DNA of 37,112 nucleotides from Chloroflexales bacterium (GTDB lineage Bacteria > Chloroflexota > Chloroflexia > Chloroflexales > Chloroflexaceae), in NCBI GenBank assembly GCA_013336035.1, contig JAAXUL010000001.1, positions 1 through 37,112 on the forward strand, in the 5' to 3' direction. Of the stretch, positions 13,507-22,345 are shown piece after piece. Every line of letters starts with the position of its first letter. Position 1 is the first letter of the stretch. A program made the translations under genes and the position numbers. The notes below the pieces were generated by a model. It saw only the letters and a list, made by a program, of their open reading frames with translations, had not been told where the DNA came from and made no database searches.

Positions 13507-14097
13507 CTAGCGAAACCTGTCGATGATCTCGCGCAGGAAGGACTCGTCGGGGCGCGCCTGCCAGCTGTGGACCACGCTGGTCCGCATGAGCAGATCGTGC
13601 CAGGCGCGCCGCTGGTCGTCGACCAGCACATTAAGGAAGCCGACATAGAGCGGTAGTGATGATAGGGCGTAGGCCAGGACGCGTAGGGCGGCCTGGCCTA
13701 CGCTTATTGGCTTGCCGTCAGCGCGGACCACGCGCAGCCCCAGCAGGTGCTTGCCGAGCGTGGCCCCGCCGAAGCTGTAGAGGACCGTGAAGTAGATGAA
13801 GCCCAGGCTCAGCAGGACGATGACATCGAAGGTCGCGGTGACGAGGAATTTTTGCACCGGCGTGACCCAGGTGAAGTAGTCGCCGAGCAGCCCCATGATG
13901 GCGCTGATGCCCGAGGTCTGGCTGATAAAGCGCGACGAAACATTGAGGGTTAGCCATATGCCGAAGATGATCAGCAGGTCTACAACCATGGCCATCATGC
14001 GCGACACAAACCCCGCGTAGGCCATGAAGACGGGCCCGCGCCGGCGCAGCCGCACCCTGCCCGTCAGCGGCTCTCTGGACACACTATGCTCAGGCAT
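13507..14097 (-). CDS. RDD-family membrane protein
   Basis: Three or four hydrophobic segments plus the RDD-type signature (FVSRMMAMVVDLLI..., LGLRVVRADG, RRAWHDLLMRTSVV). Confidence 0.7.
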   Translation of the reverse strand: MPEHSVSREPLTGRVRLRRRGPVFMAYAGFVSRMMAMVVDLLIIFGIWLTLNVSSRFISQTSGISAIMGLLGDYFTWVTPVQKFLVTATFDVIVLLSLGFIYFTVLYSFGGATLGKHLLGLRVVRADGKPISVGQAALRVLAYALSSLPLYVGFLNVLVDDQRRAWHDLLMRTSVVHSWQARPDESFLREIIDRFR

Positions 14098-14120
14098 GCC
14101 AGGCCTCCTATCAGCGCGGC

Positions 14121-15314
14121 TCAGCGCCGGCCCGCGTCGTCCGGTGCATCGGCCTGCAGCGCGTCGGCCAGCAGCAGGCCCCTGGCCTCGACCGGCAGCT
14201 TCGAGCGCGGCGGGCGGCGCATGATGCGCCGTGCGATGCCCTCGAGCAGCTGGTCGCCGCTCACGCCCCGCTCGCGCACCTCCTCGAGGATCTCGCTTGC
14301 CACCGAGCTGCCCTGTGTCGTCACCAGCTCGACCAGGGCGGGCGATCTCGAGAGGGTCTCGATCGCGTCGGCCATCGCCTGGGTGCCTACCAGGTGTCTG
14401 ACGGCCTCCTCCATGGCCGGGGTGTGCACGATATGGGTCACTGCCTCTTCGATCACGGGGCTGCGCACGATCTTGCGGACGGTGGCGTCGAGGGCCGGGC
14501 TCTCGGCCACCTTCAGGATGATGCTGTCGAGGGCCGGGCTCGCGGCGACGCGAGCGATGGCCTGCTCGATCACCGGGCCCGCGACGATCTGGCGCACGGC
14601 GTCGTCCATAGCGGGCGAGCGCACGATCTCGCCCAGGGCCTGCTGGACGGCCGGGCGGCGGGCCAGGTAGACGATTGTCTGGTGGGCGATATCCTCGAGG
14701 GCGGCCTGGGCGAAGGCCCTGGCGCGCGGCTCTTCGAGCGTGCCCCGCCTGATCCAGCGCCGGGTATCCTCATCGGTCGGCTCGGCGCGGGCGCCCAGGC
14801 CCCGGCGGCGGCCAAGGCGCGGCAGCGGCAGCAACTCAAGCACCACCGAGAAGACTGTGCCGAATAGATAGGCCACGACCGAGCGCATCCACGCGATCGG
14901 GCTGCCGCGGGGGCGTAGCTGCTCCTCGGCCTCGAAGATCCAGCCGATCAGGGCGTGGCGGAAGCGCCCGGAGCCGATCTGGCCCTCGATCGTGACCTGC
15001 GCCGCCGGGGCGCGCGCGATCCCCGCCGCGGCCTCCCAGTCGTCCGAGCGGGCCGCCAGCCCGTCGAGGCCGAGCAGGGCCGCGCCTACGACCAGGCGGG
15101 TGAGGGCCTCGGTCGTTGGCGCCGGAGGGCGGGCGGGTGCGTCGCCTGGCGTGCTCGGCGCGTCACCAGGGCTGGCCGTCTGTGCCCCTTGCCGGCCCTC
15201 GTCGGCGGGGGGGGCGTTCAGGGGGGGCGCCTGGACGTCGTCTGCCGTCTCCAGGCTTCGCAGGGCCTGATCGAGCTTCCGCCTGGCATCATCAAAGGGC
15301 TCGTTCCCTGGCAT
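14121..15314 (-). CDS. Membrane-associated protein of unknown function with nine tandem 13-residue repeats
   Basis: Likely start is ATG 15314 (GGGAGAG upstream); the track start GTG 15368 overlaps a hairpin. Pro/Ala-rich N-region, two hydrophobic segments, then the repeat array. Confidence 0.65.
   Translation of the reverse strand: MPGNEPFDDARRKLDQALRSLETADDVQAPPLNAPPADEGRQGAQTASPGDAPSTPGDAPARPPAPTTEALTRLVVGAALLGLDGLAARSDDWEAAAGIARAPAAQVTIEGQIGSGRFRHALIGWIFEAEEQLRPRGSPIAWMRSVVAYLFGTVFSVVLELLPLPRLGRRRGLGARAEPTDEDTRRWIRRGTLEEPRARAFAQAALEDIAHQTIVYLARRPAVQQALGEIVRSPAMDDAVRQIVAGPVIEQAIARVAASPALDSIILKVAESPALDATVRKIVRSPVIEEAVTHIVHTPAMEEAVRHLVGTQAMADAIETLSRSPALVELVTTQGSSVASEILEEVRERGVSGDQLLEGIARRIMRRPPRSKLPVEARGLLLADALQADAPDDAGRR
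14313..14660 (-). repeat. In-frame tandem repeat, about 9 x 39 bp (13-aa unit x-S/G-P-A-hydrophobic-D/E-x-A-hydrophobic-x-x-I-V)
   Basis: RRPAVQQALGEIV / RSPAMDDAVRQIV / AGPVIEQAIARVA / ASPALDSIILKVA / ESPALDATVRKIV / RSPVIEEAVTHIV / HTPAMEEAVRHLV / GTQAMADAIETLS / RSPALVELVTTQG, read from the translation. Confidence 0.8.
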
Positions 15315-15368
15315 CGCACACTCTCCCGGATATATGGGGGGCCAGCAGACTCCCCGTATTGTACGCAC

Positions 15369-15404
15369 AATCTCCCCCTTCTGCTCTATGCTGTGGGGGA
15401 GATT
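15369..15404 (-). terminator. Intercistronic hairpin (10-bp perfect stem) between the alpha/beta hydrolase and the repeat-protein gene
   Basis: aatctccccc ... gggggagatt with a 16-nt loop; no clear U-tract. Confidence 0.3.
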
Positions 15405-15469
15405 CGCGCTGTGGGTCGGTGGGGGGTGTGGAGAGGCCTAGCTGCGAGGCTACGGGCGGTGCCAGGGTT

Positions 15470-16327
15470 CTAGGTCGCGATCCGCTCGATCCAGGGCAGC
15501 AGGACGTTCAGGAAGGCCTCTGGGGTCTCGTCGAAGGGGCAGTGGCCGGTCTCGGGGATCACGGCGACCTCGGCCTGTGGGAGGAGCGTCTGCTTGAAGC
15601 GCTCGGCGAGCGAGGGCGGCACCGAGCGGTCGTGCTCGCCCCAGATCAGCAGGGAAGGCGCGGTGATAGCGCCCCGCTCGATCTCGAGGAAGAGGTGAGA
15701 GAAGTTGCGGCTGACAGCCAGGTAGGCCCGGGCGCCGCCAGGGCGCACGAGAGGCGCCGCGAATAGATCGACCATCTCGGGAGTCACGCGGTCCTTGCGG
15801 TAGTAGGCCGAGACGAGGCCCTGGCGGGCGCCCCAGGAGCTGGGCAGCGCGTCGGCCAGCAGCTCGCCGACGCCGCCGGTGCGCAGGACATTAAGGATCG
15901 CGTGGTCGAAGGGCGAGGGCTGGTTGTGCGGGTCTCTGAGGCCTGTAGAGGCCACCAGGACGAGGCCGCGCACCATATGGGGGAAGTCGTGGGCCAGCTG
16001 GGCAGCGACCATCCCACCCATCGAGTGGCCGATCACCACCGCGGGCCCGGGGCAGGTGGCAGCGATCAGCTCGGCTACCTGCTCGGCCCACATGCGGCGG
16101 TCTGGGGGGCGGGCGGGGATGTCGGACTGGCCGAAGAAGTAGAGGTCGAGGGCAAACAGGCTATGCTGGGCGGCGATAGGCCTGGTCACCGCGCGCCAGT
16201 GTTCGATCATCCCGCCGTAGCCGTGGATCAGCACCACCGGGACACCCTGGTGTGGGGATGACTCCCAGTAGCGCATCAGCCCGTGTTGTCCCTCAAGGAA
16301 GCGCTCGGTGATCGAGTAGGTTGTCAT
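15470..16327 (-). CDS. Alpha/beta-fold hydrolase
   Basis: VVLIHGYGG oxyanion region, GHSMGG nucleophile elbow, and a C-terminal GHCPFDE catalytic His region. Confidence 0.85.
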   Translation of the reverse strand: MTTYSITERFLEGQHGLMRYWESSPHQGVPVVLIHGYGGMIEHWRAVTRPIAAQHSLFALDLYFFGQSDIPARPPDRRMWAEQVAELIAATCPGPAVVIGHSMGGMVAAQLAHDFPHMVRGLVLVASTGLRDPHNQPSPFDHAILNVLRTGGVGELLADALPSSWGARQGLVSAYYRKDRVTPEMVDLFAAPLVRPGGARAYLAVSRNFSHLFLEIERGAITAPSLLIWGEHDRSVPPSLAERFKQTLLPQAEVAVIPETGHCPFDETPEAFLNVLLPWIERIAT

Positions 16328-16369
16328 GGGGGTAGGAGCGAGGAGGGTCTGCCCTCCTCAGCTTATGGG

Positions 16370-16858
16370 CTACTCTTCGACGACGATACGCGTAGGCGTG
16401 CGCGTTTCGAGCTGGCGAGCGGACGACGGGCCCTCGATCAGCGAGCGCAGCCTGATGAGCTGGATGCCCATATCGAGCTCGGCGAACGGGCGGATGAGGC
16501 CGCCGACGAAGACGCTCAGGGCCAGGTTGGGCACCTCGTACTCAACGCGGTTCTGGACGACCGTGCGCGGGCCATCGGTCCACCAGCGCCACAGGTCTTT
16601 GCCGATCCACATCCCATCGATGCTCTGCAGGATATGGCCGCTGTCGCGCTCGGTGACGGTGTAGTCGGCGCTGGTGGAGAAGAAGGGCGTGAGGGGGCGT
16701 GCCGTGTACTTGCTGCCGAGGGCCATGGGGATGCCCTGCTGGTTCTCGACATTCAGCAGTGGAGAGCGCCATTGGGCGAGCAGGGCTGGGTCGGTCAGGT
16801 GCCTCTCGACGACGTCAGGGGTGGTATTAATTGAGATAAACTGCTCTTGTACGAACAT
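16370..16858 (-). CDS. Hypothetical protein, possibly SRPBCC/START-like ligand-binding fold
   Basis: About 160 aa with a beta-rich pattern and C-terminal helix reminiscent of polyketide-cyclase/SRPBCC proteins. This is a composition and pattern judgement only. Confidence 0.4.
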   Translation of the reverse strand: MFVQEQFISINTTPDVVERHLTDPALLAQWRSPLLNVENQQGIPMALGSKYTARPLTPFFSTSADYTVTERDSGHILQSIDGMWIGKDLWRWWTDGPRTVVQNRVEYEVPNLALSVFVGGLIRPFAELDMGIQLIRLRSLIEGPSSARQLETRTPTRIVVEE

Positions 16859-16939
16859 GGCCAGCCTCTGATGCTATGTGGCTCCTAGACTGATTCTACC
16901 ACAGCTTTGACATGACGATGACGCGCCGCGCATGCAACG

Positions 16940-16967
16940 GCCCCCTCCCGAGCCTGCTGGAGGGGGC
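16940..16967 (-). terminator. Hairpin downstream of the radical SAM gene pair
   Basis: 9-bp stem gccccctcc/ggagggggc with a 10-nt loop; no U-tract. Confidence 0.3.
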
Positions 16968-17010
16968 TGTCGCCCGGGGCAATCTATGCCAGAGGTGGGC
17001 GCAGGCTCGC

Positions 17011-18396
17011 CTAGAGAAAGGTCTCGGGCGTGAGGCGCTGCGAGAAGTAGTGCATCGCGATATTGACCAGCCAGACCCAGTCGGGCTTGCGGGGGCCGAG
17101 GCGCTGCAGGATAGCGGGCCAGGAGTAGATCGCGCGCTGGATCTTGATGAAGTTCTTGAGGAACTGCTCTTTGGGCAGCTTCTCGGGCTCGTACATATAG
17201 TGAAAGGTGTCGTACTTATTCCAGTCGTGCTGGACGATGCGCGGCTTCATCTCCTCGTACCACGGGGTGCCGGGGAAGGGCGTGGCGATGGTGAAGACCG
17301 GGAACTCGATCCGGTTCTTCATGATGAAGTCGAAGGTGTGCTGGAAGCTATTCGGGGTGTCGGTGTCGAAGCCGAAGATAAAGTAGCCCTGGATCGCGAT
17401 GCCCCGCTTCTGGACGTTGGCGACGATCTCTTCGTAGCGGCCGACCCGGTTCGAGCCTTTGTGGACAAACTTGATCGTCTCGGGGGAGACCGACTCGAAG
17501 CCGACGTTGAACATCTCGCAGCCGGCCTCTGCCGCCAGATCGACAAACTCGGACTTCTCGAGGAAGTTCATCGAGATATTGGCGTTCCACTTCGCGCCCA
17601 GGCCGACCATCGCGTTGAACAGCTCCTCGGCGTAGGCGGGCTTGAAGCAGATATTGTCGTCCATGAACGAGAAGCGGACATTCGCCCGGCCGGCAAAATC
17701 CTGATGGGCCTTGATCTCGGCGATCATCTGGTCGGACTCGCGGGTGCGGAAGGTCTTGCCGTAGATGCGCGGCGTGCAGCAGAAGTTGCAGCCGACGGGG
17801 CAGCCCTTAGTCGCGAGCAGGGGCAGGCGCTCCGAGTAGTTCTTCACGCGCTTCGAGCGGCGGGCGAAGGCGAAGTCGGGGCGGGACATCTCGGTCAGGG
17901 GCTTCCAGCCGGCCTGTGGCTCGGGCTTGTAGAGCGGCTTGAGCGTATTCTCGTAGATATCCTGGGTGAGGTCATCGTAGATCGACTCGATCTCGCCGAA
18001 GACGACCGAGGTCGCGTGCTGGAGGGCCTCGTTGGGCATCATGGTGGGGTGGACGCCGCCGAGGAGGACCTGCTTGCCCTGTGCCAGAGCCTTATCGCCG
18101 ATCGCGTAGACTCGCTTGGCGTTGAGCGTGCGCGAGGTCATGGCGATCACATCGTACTCCGAGAGATCCTCGGGCAGCTTATCGCCGATGCGCTCATCGA
18201 GGAAGTCGATATCGAAGTGGGTCTTGGCCTGGGTGGCGACCATCATCAGGTTGAGCGGCATGCTCACCTTGCCCGAGTCGACCATCAAGGGGGTATCGGA
18301 TTTGGGCTGGACGACCAGCCACCGCTTGCGCTTGGTCGGGGCGACGAAAGGCTTGCGCGCCTGGTCGATCGTCTCCGGCTCAACGAGGGTGCTCAT
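17011..18396 (-). CDS. B12-binding-domain radical SAM protein (class B; BchE/BchQ/BchR/P-methylase-like superfamily)
   Basis: N-terminal cobalamin-binding-like Rossmann segment (DVIAMTSRTLNAKRVYAIGDKALAQGKQVLLGGVHPT), radical SAM cluster motif CPVGCNFCCTP, and a C-terminal DWNKYDTFH-type region. Confidence 0.85.
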   Translation of the reverse strand: MSTLVEPETIDQARKPFVAPTKRKRWLVVQPKSDTPLMVDSGKVSMPLNLMMVATQAKTHFDIDFLDERIGDKLPEDLSEYDVIAMTSRTLNAKRVYAIGDKALAQGKQVLLGGVHPTMMPNEALQHATSVVFGEIESIYDDLTQDIYENTLKPLYKPEPQAGWKPLTEMSRPDFAFARRSKRVKNYSERLPLLATKGCPVGCNFCCTPRIYGKTFRTRESDQMIAEIKAHQDFAGRANVRFSFMDDNICFKPAYAEELFNAMVGLGAKWNANISMNFLEKSEFVDLAAEAGCEMFNVGFESVSPETIKFVHKGSNRVGRYEEIVANVQKRGIAIQGYFIFGFDTDTPNSFQHTFDFIMKNRIEFPVFTIATPFPGTPWYEEMKPRIVQHDWNKYDTFHYMYEPEKLPKEQFLKNFIKIQRAIYSWPAILQRLGPRKPDWVWLVNIAMHYFSQRLTPETFL

Positions 18397-18417
18397 ACGC
18401 GGCCTCTTTTCGCTTGC

Positions 18418-19971
18418 CTAACGTGTCCCGACCGCCGACTCGACGGGCTCATCCGCGACCGCGGCGGGGGCGTGGCGCAGGTGCTCCTGGGACAGTGGCC
18501 GGCGCGCCCCGGTCTTACAGTTCTCGAGCTGGTCTTGCAGATTGCGCCGGAAGGCCAGGCTGGTCACTGTCGTGATCAGCTTATTGTTGTTCATGCGCAC
18601 GCGGCGGATGTTTGCCCGCCAGGTGAACATGCCCAGGAAGTGCTCCATATAGCGGATCTGGTACTCGAAGGGGTCGTAGCGGTCGCAGCGCACCACCAGA
18701 TTATGGGCGGTGTACTTATCCCAGTCCTCATCGACCACGAGGCCCTGGGCTTTATAGTCTATATAGAGCTGGGTGCCCGGGTAGGGCGTGAGGATCGAGT
18801 AGATCGGCATCACGAGGGCATTCTCGACCACAAACTTCATTGTGGCGTCCATGTCCTCGTAGGTGTCGATGGCGGGGTTGACGAGGAAGTTGCACTGGAT
18901 CGGCAGCCCGGCCTTACGGCAGTCGGTGATGATCCGCGAGTAGTCAGCCGCCGTGTTGATGCGACCCTTATTATAGGCCTTGAGCGTCTCCTGGTTGATC
19001 GACTCGAAGCCGACGAGGGCCATCGCGCAGCCCGCCTTGACCAGCAGCTCGACGGTCTTCTTATCGTCGAGGAACTTCAGGCTGATGAAGCTGCTGAAGC
19101 GGATGTTGCACTCGGCCAGGACCTCCATGATCTCCCACATGCGCTGCTTATTCACGCCCAGGTTCTCATCGGTGAACATGAACCAGGGCTTGCTGCCATA
19201 GCGCGAATCGCGGAACCAGACCCGCTTGGCCGTTGCGATCTGCTTGCGGATGGCCTCGGGGTCCTGGGTGCGATAGAGCCGGCCGGTGAAGTTTGGCGTG
19301 ACGCAGAACGAGCATGTGAAGGGGCAGCCGCGGGTCATATAGATCGGGATCGACTTGCGCGAGTCGACCTTGCCGCGCTTGCTGCAGCGGAAGATGCGCT
19401 CGTAGTCGATCACCGGCACCTCATTGACCGCCGGGAAGTGCTTGGACTCGTAGCGACGCTGGAGCTTGCCGTCGGCCAGATCCTGCAGCACTGCCGCCCA
19501 GAGGTTCTCGGCCTCGCCGCTGACGACGCAGTCGGCGTGCTCGAGGGCCTCGTCGTAGTTGAACGAGACATGCACGCCGCCGAGCACTACCTTTACGCCG
19601 CGCGCGCGGAAGGCGTCGGAGATCTCGTAGGCCCTGGTGGCGTTCAGCGTGCGCGTAGTGATGCCGACCAGATCATAGTCGCCACCATAGTTGATCACAT
19701 CGCCGAAGAGCTCGTCGGCCAGCTCGATCTCGTGTTGGGGGGGGGTGATGCTGACCAGTACGCCGACCGCCATCGAGAAGAGCGCCTTCTGGCTGGTGTC
19801 TTCCTCTTTCTTGCCCTTGGGGGTAATTAGGAGGATGCGCAGCGGGCGGATCGAGGCGGGGTCACGGAGTGGCGCGCGCAGGGTAATCGAGGTGGGGGCC
19901 GAAAGCTCTTCTGATGATCCGAGCGGCACCGGCAAAGCGCCGGTCGGGCGAGTTTGCGGCGTTCCACTCAT
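18418..19971 (-). CDS. B12-binding-domain radical SAM protein, paralog of 17011-18396
   Basis: DLVGITTRTLNATRAYEISDAFRARGVKVVLGGVHVS, CPFTCSFCVTP, DWDKYTAHN. GAGGAG precedes ATG 19971. Only 21 nt separate it from the downstream paralog. Confidence 0.85.
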   Translation of the reverse strand: MSGTPQTRPTGALPVPLGSSEELSAPTSITLRAPLRDPASIRPLRILLITPKGKKEEDTSQKALFSMAVGVLVSITPPQHEIELADELFGDVINYGGDYDLVGITTRTLNATRAYEISDAFRARGVKVVLGGVHVSFNYDEALEHADCVVSGEAENLWAAVLQDLADGKLQRRYESKHFPAVNEVPVIDYERIFRCSKRGKVDSRKSIPIYMTRGCPFTCSFCVTPNFTGRLYRTQDPEAIRKQIATAKRVWFRDSRYGSKPWFMFTDENLGVNKQRMWEIMEVLAECNIRFSSFISLKFLDDKKTVELLVKAGCAMALVGFESINQETLKAYNKGRINTAADYSRIITDCRKAGLPIQCNFLVNPAIDTYEDMDATMKFVVENALVMPIYSILTPYPGTQLYIDYKAQGLVVDEDWDKYTAHNLVVRCDRYDPFEYQIRYMEHFLGMFTWRANIRRVRMNNNKLITTVTSLAFRRNLQDQLENCKTGARRPLSQEHLRHAPAAVADEPVESAVGTR

Positions 19972-20054
19972 AAACTACTCCTCATCCTCAGATCTGGGAT
20001 GCTTGGTACCTTGCTCCGGCCGCGGGGCGCTCCGGATTGGGGTCGGCTGCCGAG

Positions 20055-20083
20055 ATTATAGCGCACAATTACATATATGTCCA
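20055..20083 (-). promoter_or_regulatory. Strong candidate promoter (TGGACA-N17-TATAAT) for the radical SAM pair
   Basis: The reverse complement reads tggaca-tatatgtaattgtgcgc-tataat, in an AT-rich gap about 80 nt upstream of ATG 19971. Confidence 0.55.
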
Positions 20084-20126
20084 GATAGTTCGGAAAGTTG
20101 TAAATTGAGAAACTATCGTAGTTGAA

Positions 20127-21299
20127 TCAGGCCTTGCCGGTCAGGATCGAGCGATACCAGGTCTCGATACCCCGCTTCATCAGCACTGCCGGGTAGCCGA
20201 CGATCGGCATACCGAGCGGGTTGCCGACGGCATACTCGGGGCCAAGCGAGACCAGCTCGCCGAGCCTGACGGGCTCGTAGGTGCGGGGCGGGCGCCCCTC
20301 TATCTCCGCGAGCAGGCTCTCGGCCAGGTGGCTGCCCTGGCGCATCGCATACGAGGCCGTAGAGGGCACCTGGCCCTCGACGAGGTCGGGGATGGCCGCG
20401 CAGTCGCCCGCGGCGAAGATCACGGGGTAATCGATGACGCGCAGATAGCGGTCGGTGCGCACATGGCCGGTGGCATCGACAGGCAGGCCGGACTCGCGCA
20501 GCAGGTCGGGGCCCTTCATACCAGCGGCCCAGACCAGCGTGGCGGCGCGCAGCACCCGCCCGCCGGCGACGCGCAGCGTCTGTGGCTCGACCGACTCGAC
20601 GGCGGTGTCGAGGTAGACGCTCACGCCGAGCCTATCGAGGGCGCGCTCGGCCTCGCGCGTGGCCCACAAGCCGAACTGTCTCAGCAGCAGGTGGCCGCGC
20701 TCGACCAGGGCGATCCGCACCTGAGAGCGAGGCGCGCCGGTCTCGCGGCAGAGATCATCGACCCAGGCAGCGAGCTCGCCGGCAAGCTGGCAGCCGGTGT
20801 AGCTGCCGCCGACGATCGCGGTGGTCATCAGCATGCGCTGCTGTTGCTGGTCGGTTGTCTGGGCCGCGGCCGTAAACTGGGCGATCAGATGGTTGTGCAG
20901 GCGCACAGCGTGCTCGTAGGTGCGCAGGTCGAGGGTGTGCTCTTGCGCGCCGGGGACGAGGTAGGCGGTCTCGGCGCCGAGGGTGAGCACCAGGCGGTCA
21001 TACGGCAGGCTCTGCCCGTCCTCTAGCTCGACCCGGCACTCGTGTGGCAAGAGCCTGGCGGCGCGGCCCTGCACAAAACGAACCTCGCTCTTCTGCAGCA
21101 ACGTGGCCAGATCGTAGATTGCCTCCTGGACAGGCGCGCTAGAGGCGACGGTGTGGTGCAGCACCTGGACGAGCTGGTGGTAGGGGAACTGGTCGACCAG
21201 GATGACCGCATCGGTGCGCTTGCGCTCGCGCAACAGTCGATCGAGGTCGATAGCGGCGCGGAGCCCGGCATAACCCGCGCCCAGGATCACGATCTGCAT
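20127..21299 (-). CDS. NAD(P)/FAD-dependent oxidoreductase, type II NADH dehydrogenase (NDH-2)-like
   Basis: Two dinucleotide-binding motifs (IVILGAGYAGL; AIVGGSYTGCQLAGEL) and a FAAGDCA-type motif. The likely start is ATG 21299 (MQIVILGAG); the track start 21401 is an over-extension. Confidence 0.8.
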   Translation of the reverse strand: MQIVILGAGYAGLRAAIDLDRLLRERKRTDAVILVDQFPYHQLVQVLHHTVASSAPVQEAIYDLATLLQKSEVRFVQGRAARLLPHECRVELEDGQSLPYDRLVLTLGAETAYLVPGAQEHTLDLRTYEHAVRLHNHLIAQFTAAAQTTDQQQQRMLMTTAIVGGSYTGCQLAGELAAWVDDLCRETGAPRSQVRIALVERGHLLLRQFGLWATREAERALDRLGVSVYLDTAVESVEPQTLRVAGGRVLRAATLVWAAGMKGPDLLRESGLPVDATGHVRTDRYLRVIDYPVIFAAGDCAAIPDLVEGQVPSTASYAMRQGSHLAESLLAEIEGRPPRTYEPVRLGELVSLGPEYAVGNPLGMPIVGYPAVLMKRGIETWYRSILTGKA

Positions 21300-21455
21300 A
21301 GAGGTGAACCGCTCTGTGTGCAAGGCGGGGAAGCTGAAAGAGGGCCTAGAATGCGGCAGGGAGCGTGGAGGAGCAAGTGCAGGCGGGAGGGGTGCTCCCA
21401 CTCGCTCGCTCGCCCACGCTCCCCGGCATTCACCGATACGATCGATCGCCTCGAG

Positions 21456-21887
21456 CTACGGGGTCTTGGGGGCCTTCTCGACCCACTCGTCCACTTTGGC
21501 GACGGTGCGCTCGACCCCATCGGCGGCGCGGCCAGCGGCCTGGCCGACAGTGGCGCCGAACTCATCGGCGGCGCGGGCCAGCCGCTCGGTGAAGGCGCGG
21601 GCGCGATTGCCGATCGTCTCGGCGCTGGGCAGGGCCGGGGCGGTGCCGCTGAAGATATCATCAACGACGCGCTCAGAGATATCGGCCAGCTCCTTGGGCA
21701 GGGCGATGAAGCCGCGGGCCAGCTCAGCGACACCCCGGCGCACGCGCACGCGCGTGTTGCGGGGCAGGATGCTCAGCGGGATCGAGATGATCGTCAGGCT
21801 AAGGCGGGCCACCCCGCCTACGAGCCTGGCGCCCAGCTCGAACAGGCCATCGGCATCGGCGCGGGTGGTGCTCGCATTCTCGCTCAT
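21456..21887 (-). CDS. csmN: Chlorosome envelope protein CsmN-like (CsmC/CsmD family)
   Basis: 143 aa, paralogous to the adjacent 104-aa ORF (ELGARLVGGVARLSLTIISIPLSILP vs ELGGGALRVGFSVLTLPLSLLP; ALPKELADISERVVDD vs SLPGEIVGVASKVVED). It sits directly after bchK-csmM, as I recall for Chloroflexus aurantiacus. AGGAGA precedes ATG 21887. Confidence 0.75.
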   Translation of the reverse strand: MSENASTTRADADGLFELGARLVGGVARLSLTIISIPLSILPRNTRVRVRRGVAELARGFIALPKELADISERVVDDIFSGTAPALPSAETIGNRARAFTERLARAADEFGATVGQAAGRAADGVERTVAKVDEWVEKAPKTP

Positions 21888-21955
21888 ACAGTGTTCTCCT
21901 GTTGGGGGCGTCCCTGTCTATGCCCCTAGGGGGCTACCGGCAGCGCGTAAAGCGC

Positions 21956-22267
21956 CTAGCCAGCGGCCAGCTCATCCTTCGGCGCCTTCTTCTCGGCCAC
22001 TCCGCTATCGGCGGCCCAATCCTCGACCACCTTGCTCGCGACCCCAACAATCTCGCCCGGCAGGCTAGCGAAAGCGTAGGCAAACTCCTTGGTCGCGTTC
22101 TGGATGTGCTGGCGGCTCACGGGGGGCAGCAGCGACAGGGGGAGCGTCAGGACCGAGAAGCCAACCCGCAGCGCGCCACCGCCCAGCTCGATCGCGGACT
22201 CTACCAAACTCTCACTGCGCTTTGTGCGGACGTTGCGCACCCGCACCTCACCTGTGGTTTCCGACAT
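21956..22267 (-). CDS. csmM: Chlorosome envelope protein CsmM-like (CsmC/CsmD family)
   Basis: The start ATG 22267 has a perfect AAGGAGG 6 nt upstream, giving 104 aa (about 11 kDa, the size class reported for CsmM). It is a paralog of the downstream ORF and lies immediately after bchK. Confidence 0.75.
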   Translation of the reverse strand: MSETTGEVRVRNVRTKRSESLVESAIELGGGALRVGFSVLTLPLSLLPPVSRQHIQNATKEFAYAFASLPGEIVGVASKVVEDWAADSGVAEKKAPKDELAAG

Positions 22268-22345
22268 GCTCGACCTCCTTATATGAAGTATGCAGGGTGG
22301 GAGCAGGAAGGGCAAAACTCTCCTGCCGATCCTCACCGAGGCACC

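Noticed and set aside
16912-19830. 972-aa ORF on the plus strand, the longest in the window
   Set aside because: It runs antisense to two well-supported radical SAM genes that have CxxxCxxC and B12-domain motifs. Its translation is low-complexity (G/A/D/L/V/R-rich) with no motifs. This is the typical shadow ORF produced by high GC third-position bias.
20328-21929. Several 230-295-aa plus-strand ORFs overlapping the NDH-2 and csmN genes
   Set aside because: They are antisense shadow ORFs with G/A/R-rich, motif-free translations. The minus-strand genes have Rossmann motifs or paralogy support and ribosome-binding sites.
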